DNA from: a virus
Taxonomy: Duplodnaviria > Caudoviricetes
Virus record (IMG/VR): IMGVR_UViG_3300025320_000144
Location: 1-49,877 of that record
Strand: one strand, 5' to 3'
Length of the DNA: 49,877 nucleotides
Shown here: piece by piece, positions 44,969 to 49,877 of the stretch
Layout: each line of letters opens with the position of its first letter
Position numbering within the stretch: position 1 is the stretch's first letter
Position numbers and translations under genes: made by a program
Notes under the pieces: generated by a model
Told to the model about the DNA's origin: nothing
Databases searched by the model: none
Seen by the model: only the letters and a program-made list of their open reading frames with translations

Positions 44969-45249
44969 TGCCTCCGGTGATGGAGATCAAGTACCAGGAC
45001 CCGGGCGAGACCCTGGATTTCCCGGTCGATTGGCTGTGCACGCTCCAGCGAGACGGCGGCACCATCTCGAGCGCGACATTCACCGCGCCGGGGCTGACCA
45101 TCGTGGCCACCCAGACGACCGACACGAATGCCACGATCTGGCTCGCAGGCGGCGAGCTGAAGACCACCTACACCGTCACTTGCACGATGGTCGGGACGAA
45201 TGCCCGCACCTACGTGCAGGGCTTCCTACTGCAGTTCATCAGTAAGTAG
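44968..45249 (+). CDS. Fibre-tail adaptor-like protein
   Basis: DPGETLDFPVDW...ATIWLAGG...Y.VTC. Confidence 0.7.
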   Translation: MPPVMEIKYQDPGETLDFPVDWLCTLQRDGGTISSATFTAPGLTIVATQTTDTNATIWLAGGELKTTYTVTCTMVGTNARTYVQGFLLQFISK

Positions 45250-45275
45250 GGGCACCTACCAAATCCAAAACCTTT

Positions 45276-45308
45276 AAGGCCCACAGGAATTCGCCTGTGG
45301 GCCTTTCT
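45276..45308 (+). terminator. Intrinsic terminator
   Basis: AAGGCCCACAGG-AATTCG-CCTGTGGGCCTT followed by TCT. Confidence 0.7.
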
Positions 45309-45326
45309 CGTGTGAAAGGACCAACC

Positions 45327-45920
45327 ATGGCCGTCGACGGCATCACCTGGGACATGAACGCCCGCATCATCAAATACCACCCCGACACGGTGGCGCGGCT
45401 GACCGCTCAAATGGGGCACGAGCCGCTGGGCTTCCATTTGCGGCACCTCGAGTCGATCGGGCTGCTCGCCCCGGACGAGGTAGTAGAGGCACCCGGCAAC
45501 ATTCTGGTCACAACCGGGTTGACCCGGGTGACGAGCCTCATCATCGGCGGCGGCGGTACAGCGCTGGCCCACGCGGATGCCATCGTAGGCGTGGGCACAT
45601 CCTCGACCACAGCCGTTGTCGGTGACACCGCGCTCGGCGGCGATGGCAACGCCAGCACCGCGTACTACCAAAACGCCGACAGCAGTTACCCGTCGGCGAG
45701 CGCCGGCGTCATCACCTGCAACTGCACGTATCAGAGCTCGAACGCCAACTTCGCGTGGAATGAATGGTGCTGGGCCGACGCCAGCGGCACCCTCACTGCC
45801 GGGTTCACCTTGTCCGGGGTGGGTACATCGCCGATCCTGTTGAACCACAAGGTTCAGTCGCTCGGGACCAAGGTCAGCGGGTCCATCTGGACCCTGTCGG
45901 CGACTCTCACCCTGGCGTGA
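45327..45920 (+). CDS. Tail fibre/baseplate-associated protein
   Basis: NILVTTG, VGVG...DT.L, ANFAWNE, LNHKV..LGTK. Confidence 0.7.
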   Translation: MAVDGITWDMNARIIKYHPDTVARLTAQMGHEPLGFHLRHLESIGLLAPDEVVEAPGNILVTTGLTRVTSLIIGGGGTALAHADAIVGVGTSSTTAVVGDTALGGDGNASTAYYQNADSSYPSASAGVITCNCTYQSSNANFAWNEWCWADASGTLTAGFTLSGVGTSPILLNHKVQSLGTKVSGSIWTLSATLTLA

Positions 45921-45921
45921 A

Positions 45922-46668
45922 ATGCAGTCTGTAACAACAGTGCTCACGTGCCGAGGTACCGGCGAACCGATCGGCGGTGTCGACAACATGCTCACTGCCC
46001 TCGGCTGGGAACTCGACCCGGTGCGGTACGAGCTCGGCGCCGACATCGCGTATCCGGCGTCAGTCGGGCCGGCCAACTCCGGCGGTGACGTGCTCGGGCC
46101 GTCCGAGGATCAGTCGATCGCGCAGGGGCTGCCACTGCTGGCCGCCGCGATCCGGGCGACGCCGGATCTTGTCGGACTCATGGGCTACAGTCTCGGCGCC
46201 GAGCTCGTGAGCGCCTTCCTCGAGGCGAAGGCGCGCGGTCAGTATGCAGACTGCGAGCTCGGATGGGCGGCGCTCGTCGCCAACCCTCGCCGGGCGCCGG
46301 GCGAGTCGATCGACCCGGATCCGGTCGGCAGCGGCATCAACGGCGCTCACGGGCCATGGCCCGACGGACTGCCGGTGTTCACCGCGGCCAACCCTGCGGA
46401 CGGCATCACGAGCTGCCCGCCCGGTTCGCCGCTGCGCGCGCTGGCCGAGGGAATGTCCGCATTTTCGTTCGCCGAGCTCGGCGGCTGGACTGCGACGCTG
46501 GCGCAGCAGCTGATCGATGGGGAGTTCCTCGGGGAGGATTACACCTCCGAGCAGTTGATGCGAGGTGGTCAGCTGATGTACGGGTATCTGCTAGGCGCCC
46601 AGCACACCGCCGAGTACGTGGTAGGTGGCTACCTGCAGCGCCTCGCCGACGAGATCAACACGGCCTGA
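45922..46668 (+). CDS. lysB: Cutinase-like alpha/beta hydrolase (lysin B-like)
   Basis: RGTGE, YPA, GYSLGA nucleophile elbow, ANPRR, D.I, HT.EY. Confidence 0.85.
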   Translation: MQSVTTVLTCRGTGEPIGGVDNMLTALGWELDPVRYELGADIAYPASVGPANSGGDVLGPSEDQSIAQGLPLLAAAIRATPDLVGLMGYSLGAELVSAFLEAKARGQYADCELGWAALVANPRRAPGESIDPDPVGSGINGAHGPWPDGLPVFTAANPADGITSCPPGSPLRALAEGMSAFSFAELGGWTATLAQQLIDGEFLGEDYTSEQLMRGGQLMYGYLLGAQHTAEYVVGGYLQRLADEINTA

Positions 46669-46669
46669 G

Positions 46670-48184
46670 ATGACCATCTCGATAGCGGCCCGCGCGACGG
46701 GCGACGTCACTACGGCGGCGACGAGCTGGTCGATCACCCTGCCGAGCTCGGGGGGCGTCACCGGCGACGTGTACCTGATCATCGTGTCCGCGGGTGGATC
46801 GACCACTATGAGCACGACGTCTACCGGCTGGACCAAGATCTATCCCACCAGTGGCGCCTCGGTGATCTCGGCATATGTGGGAGTTTTCGGGACCGCCGGC
46901 GCCCTGACCGTCGCGTCGAGCGCCAGCCAGAAATGCGCCTACGCCACGTACCGAGTCTCGGGTGCCGGGTCGGCTGCTTCGGCTGCTTCGGCGACGGGCT
47001 CGAGCACAACCCACACCCCGCCGAGCCTGACGCCGTCGGGAGGCAGTCAGCAGTACTGCTGGATTGTGGCGGACTCTTCGACCTCGCCGCCCGATTCCGC
47101 GCCGACCGGTGGCCCGAGCGGTTGGGCGAATTACCAGCATGTCGCAACCGGCAGCAGCGATTCGAGCTCGGACGCATTCATCGGCGCGTCCGAGCTGGTC
47201 GCGACGGCAGCGACCGAGACCCCGGGCGCATTTTCGGGTGTCGTCTTTTCCGCCTCATGGACTGATTTGACGATCGCGCTGCCGCCGGGTGCCATCGTCG
47301 GAACCGATACCGGCGCGGGCACCGATACCGGAGGCGTCACCGCGGCCGCGGCCGACACCGGAGCAGGCACCGACACGGGGGGCGCCCGGCCGGATGCCGC
47401 GGACACCGGAGCAGGCACCGACACGGGCACCATCACCGCGACGATAACCAGCTCCGACACCGGCGTCGGAACCGATACGGGCGCTGTCACCGCAACTACT
47501 GCCGGCTCCGACACGGGCGCGGGTGCCGACACGGGCGTATCCGAGCAGTCGGCGCCCGGCTCCGACACCGGCGCGGGAACCGAGACCGGCGCTGTCATTC
47601 CCGATACGGCCGACACCGGCACGGGTGCCGATACCGGGGCGGTCACTGCGGCCGAGACCGGAACCGACACCGTGGCGGGTGCCGACACGGCCTCGGTGAT
47701 CGCGCAGGTCTCCAGCACCGAGACCGGTACCGGCGTGGATTCGCCGTTCCCAACGGTGTACGGCGGCGACTCGGCGGCTGGCGTCGACACCGCGGTCGTG
47801 CTCGACAAGATCTCCGTCACCGACACCGGTGCGGGTGCCGACACGGGCGGCGTGCGGGCGGATGTCGCGGACACTGGCGCGGGCACCGACGCGGCGGCCG
47901 TCATCGTCCGGGCCGCAGAAACCGGCACCGGCACCGAGGGCTTCCACACCATCGCCGCGGCCGACACGGCTACCGGCACCGACACGGCTACCGTCCACGC
48001 ACAGATCGCCACCACCGAAACCGCAACCGGTTACGACATCGTGCTCCCGGCGGGCACGTCCGGTAAGCCGTTGTTTGGTCCGCGCGTCGTCCGTGTCGCG
48101 GCCGAAGACCGGACGATACGGGTTGAGTACGAGGACCGCACGATACGAGTGCCGGCGCAGGTGCGCGTGCTGTGCGAGGCGTGA
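46670..48184 (+). CDS. Fibre-like protein with Asp/Thr/Gly repeats
   Basis: Ser/Thr-rich N-terminal domain; 15 x (D/E)(T/S)xxGx(D/E); C-terminal EDRTIRV repeats. Confidence 0.75.
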   Translation: MTISIAARATGDVTTAATSWSITLPSSGGVTGDVYLIIVSAGGSTTMSTTSTGWTKIYPTSGASVISAYVGVFGTAGALTVASSASQKCAYATYRVSGAGSAASAASATGSSTTHTPPSLTPSGGSQQYCWIVADSSTSPPDSAPTGGPSGWANYQHVATGSSDSSSDAFIGASELVATAATETPGAFSGVVFSASWTDLTIALPPGAIVGTDTGAGTDTGGVTAAAADTGAGTDTGGARPDAADTGAGTDTGTITATITSSDTGVGTDTGAVTATTAGSDTGAGADTGVSEQSAPGSDTGAGTETGAVIPDTADTGTGADTGAVTAAETGTDTVAGADTASVIAQVSSTETGTGVDSPFPTVYGGDSAAGVDTAVVLDKISVTDTGAGADTGGVRADVADTGAGTDAAAVIVRAAETGTGTEGFHTIAAADTATGTDTATVHAQIATTETATGYDIVLPAGTSGKPLFGPRVVRVAAEDRTIRVEYEDRTIRVPAQVRVLCEA

Positions 48185-48196
48185 ACTACGCGGCGG

Positions 48197-48703
48197 TTAC
48201 GGCTGCGGGAGTTCGATCCAGGCTAGGTCGTCGCAGTAGGTAGCTATCGTCGAATCTGTGAACAGTTTGGCCTGTTCGGGGTCTTTATAGGAGATGGAAG
48301 CCTGATCCAGGAAGCTTTGATAGACGATCGCCGCACCGGCTTCCTGTCGAGCGAGGCTCGGTGTTCCGATGCCATCGCCCAGGTGCGCAATAGCCTCTTG
48401 CGCAGCGCATTGAGCCCGCGCAAAGTTGGGGGTCGCGGTGTTGGCGTCGAGCCCGCGTGCCTTGAGGCCATCGACAAAGGCTTGATCCTGAGGATTCAAC
48501 GCAATCTCGATACCTGGGGGTCGTGTCGGGGTGACAACGGCCGCAGCGGCGGGCAGTGCAACAGCGGCGGTAGTCGGTGCCTCGGTGCTGCGTTCCTGAT
48601 CGGCTATCGGGTTGATCAGCATGATCAGTCCGACGCCCAGCGCGGCCCCGATGACGACAACGGCGACGGCGACGGCGATGTGACGCCACGTGATGCGGCT
48701 CAT
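48197..48703 (-). CDS. Membrane-anchored exported protein (DUF732-like)
   Basis: N-terminal TM; DQAFVDGL..RG, A..C and ATYC pattern. Confidence 0.65.
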   Translation of the reverse strand: MSRITWRHIAVAVAVVVIGAALGVGLIMLINPIADQERSTEAPTTAAVALPAAAAVVTPTRPPGIEIALNPQDQAFVDGLKARGLDANTATPNFARAQCAAQEAIAHLGDGIGTPSLARQEAGAAIVYQSFLDQASISYKDPEQAKLFTDSTIATYCDDLAWIELPQP

Positions 48704-48814
48704 TGGATTGTCCTATCCGGCAGTTGTTTTGCGAGATCCCCCCGACGAGACCCTCATAGAGGATGAGGTCTCATCGCCTGGCGCGCAAGGGTCGAAAGTC
48801 CCCCCGCCAACGCC

Positions 48815-48848
48815 TCGGCCCCTCAGCCCGTCCGGGCTGAGGGGCCGA
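48815..48848. terminator. Inverted repeat with 16-bp arms
   Basis: TCGGCCCCTCAGCCCG-TC-CGGGCTGAGGGGCCGA, just downstream of the minus-strand gene ending at 48859. Confidence 0.75.
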
Positions 48849-48858
48849 TTGTCGCGTT

Positions 48859-49128
48859 TCAGGGCGCCGGAGTCATCGCCGATGCCGATGCCCTGTCGTG
48901 CGAGTACTGGGGAAGGGCGGCCACGGGTACGGCCGGATCGGCGTCCGAGAACACTGGGGCCTCACTGCTGCCTGTGGGCAGCAGATTGATTGTCGGAGTG
49001 TCGTCGCAGAACCCCTCTTGGCAGTGCATTGGCCCGGGCGCATCCGCGCCCGCGCCCGGAGCGAACACTGTCAGGAATGTAGCCGCGCCGAGACCGATTG
49101 CGGTGCAGGCGATTTGACGGATATTCAT
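48859..49128 (-). CDS. Small secreted protein
   Basis: GAGGA RBS; signal peptide ending AGA-D; CQEGFC. Confidence 0.65.
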   Translation of the reverse strand: MNIRQIACTAIGLGAATFLTVFAPGAGADAPGPMHCQEGFCDDTPTINLLPTGSSEAPVFSDADPAVPVAALPQYSHDRASASAMTPAP

Positions 49129-49251
49129 TTGTTCCTCACGAATTGCATTGTGCAGCAATATGACTGAGCTTGGAGAGTTGGAGCGCGCCCCGGCCGCTGA
49201 TACGGCCGGGGCGCTCTCGCGTATCGGGCGCCGGGGCTACGGCTGTGCCCT

Positions 49252-49560
49252 TTACGCGAGCTTGTGGGGTTCGTCGTGCCGCGCGGACTGGTCGGTCACG
49301 CTTCCGAGGTGTCCTGCGACCCACTCGTCCGCTGCAGCCCGGGCCCCGTCCACATCTGCGCCAGCCGATGCCTCGCGCAGGAACTCGCCTGTGCGCGTGG
49401 TGATCTGCCACGCGCAGGTGGCGGGCGTGGTGGCACTGATGACGCCGAGGTGTTTGCCGTAGTCCTTGATCAGGTGCCAGTGCTGCCCGTCGCCGCGGAG
49501 CTTCCAGCCGTCGCGGGCATGCTCGGGCTGGATGGGGCCCAGATGCGGCTCAGCGTTCAT
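49252..49560 (-). CDS. Hypothetical protein
   Basis: MNAEPHLG start; ATGA overlap. Confidence 0.6.
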   Translation of the reverse strand: MNAEPHLGPIQPEHARDGWKLRGDGQHWHLIKDYGKHLGVISATTPATCAWQITTRTGEFLREASAGADVDGARAAADEWVAGHLGSVTDQSARHDEPHKLA

Positions 49561-49877
49561 CGGAACTCCACTCGCAGGCGCATGCGACCGGCCCCGACGA
49601 GGGCGCTCTGCGCTGCCCGTTTGCATCCGCAGTGGTCGATGGCGCACTCGAGATGGACCTGCATAGCCCGGTGCGCCTGGTCGATTGTCAACGGCCGGGC
49701 GGGCGTGGAGCAGCTGGCGATCGGGGGCCATTGGAAGTGCTGGACCGGCCCGGGCACCGACGCCGCGCGGCGCTCTTCTTCGCGCGAGATCTGGATCTCG
49801 TGCCAGTTGATGATGGCGACGATGAACAGGAGGATCGCGGCGAACCCGAGCGTGGTCGCGACCGCGCCGCCGCTCAT
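49557..49877 (-). CDS. Membrane-anchored protein with H..C....C.CK motif
   Basis: N-terminal TM; AHRAMQVHLEC...C.CKRAA..LV..GR. Confidence 0.7.
   Translation of the reverse strand: MSGGAVATTLGFAAILLFIVAIINWHEIQISREEERRAASVPGPVQHFQWPPIASCSTPARPLTIDQAHRAMQVHLECAIDHCGCKRAAQSALVGAGRMRLRVEFR

Larger units (their letters stand above)
1..49877 (+). mobile_element. Temperate actinophage (siphovirus) genome segment, probably a prophage; the integration/immunity region lies outside the window
   Basis: Canonical order of recombination, replication, HNH, terS/terL, portal, capsid, tail, tape measure and lysis genes; dense start/stop overlaps. Confidence 0.95.

Noticed and set aside
1-49877. Integrase, att sites, transposases, known defence systems
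   Set aside because: No recognisable motifs by eye; these may lie outside the window, and remote homologues among the small ORFs cannot be excluded without HMM searches

Overview
This window is a high-GC, near-complete temperate siphovirus (probably a prophage) of a mycolic-acid actinomycete. A Nocardia-like host is inferred from the LysB gene and the small accessory genes at the right end. Gene order on the + strand: early and accessory genes including a DUF6745-type two-gene module with a 22 x 12-bp coding repeat (0.6-2.2 kb); RecE/RecT-like recombination, a clamp-like protein and a replication initiator/loader (3.9-9.6 kb); many small overlapping genes with an RNase AS-like nuclease and RusA (9.6-16.4 kb); a divergent moron with a small RHH-like regulator and three palindromic operators (16.4-18.0 kb); small genes, HNH, terminase, portal and head genes (18.1-28.4 kb); tail genes with a -1 frameshift and a 1842-aa tape measure protein; a lysis cassette split among the tail genes; a second fibre module; and minus-strand accessory genes (48.2-49.9 kb). 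No integrase, immunity repressor, att site, tRNA, CRISPR array or reverse transcriptase was recognised. The most notable unexplained signals are: (1) a type III hammerhead-like RNA with a competing terminator fold at 18005-18083, just upstream of a 28-aa hydrophobic peptide; (2) the identical 11-mer CGATGCCTGAA at five gene junctions within 2.1 kb; (3) a complete three-operator divergent switch; (4) five hairpins with NNGG(A/T) loops, three of them over late-gene ribosome-binding sites; (5) the DUF6745 repeat, which varies only at non-synonymous positions. All family assignments come from motif recognition by eye; no database searches were run.
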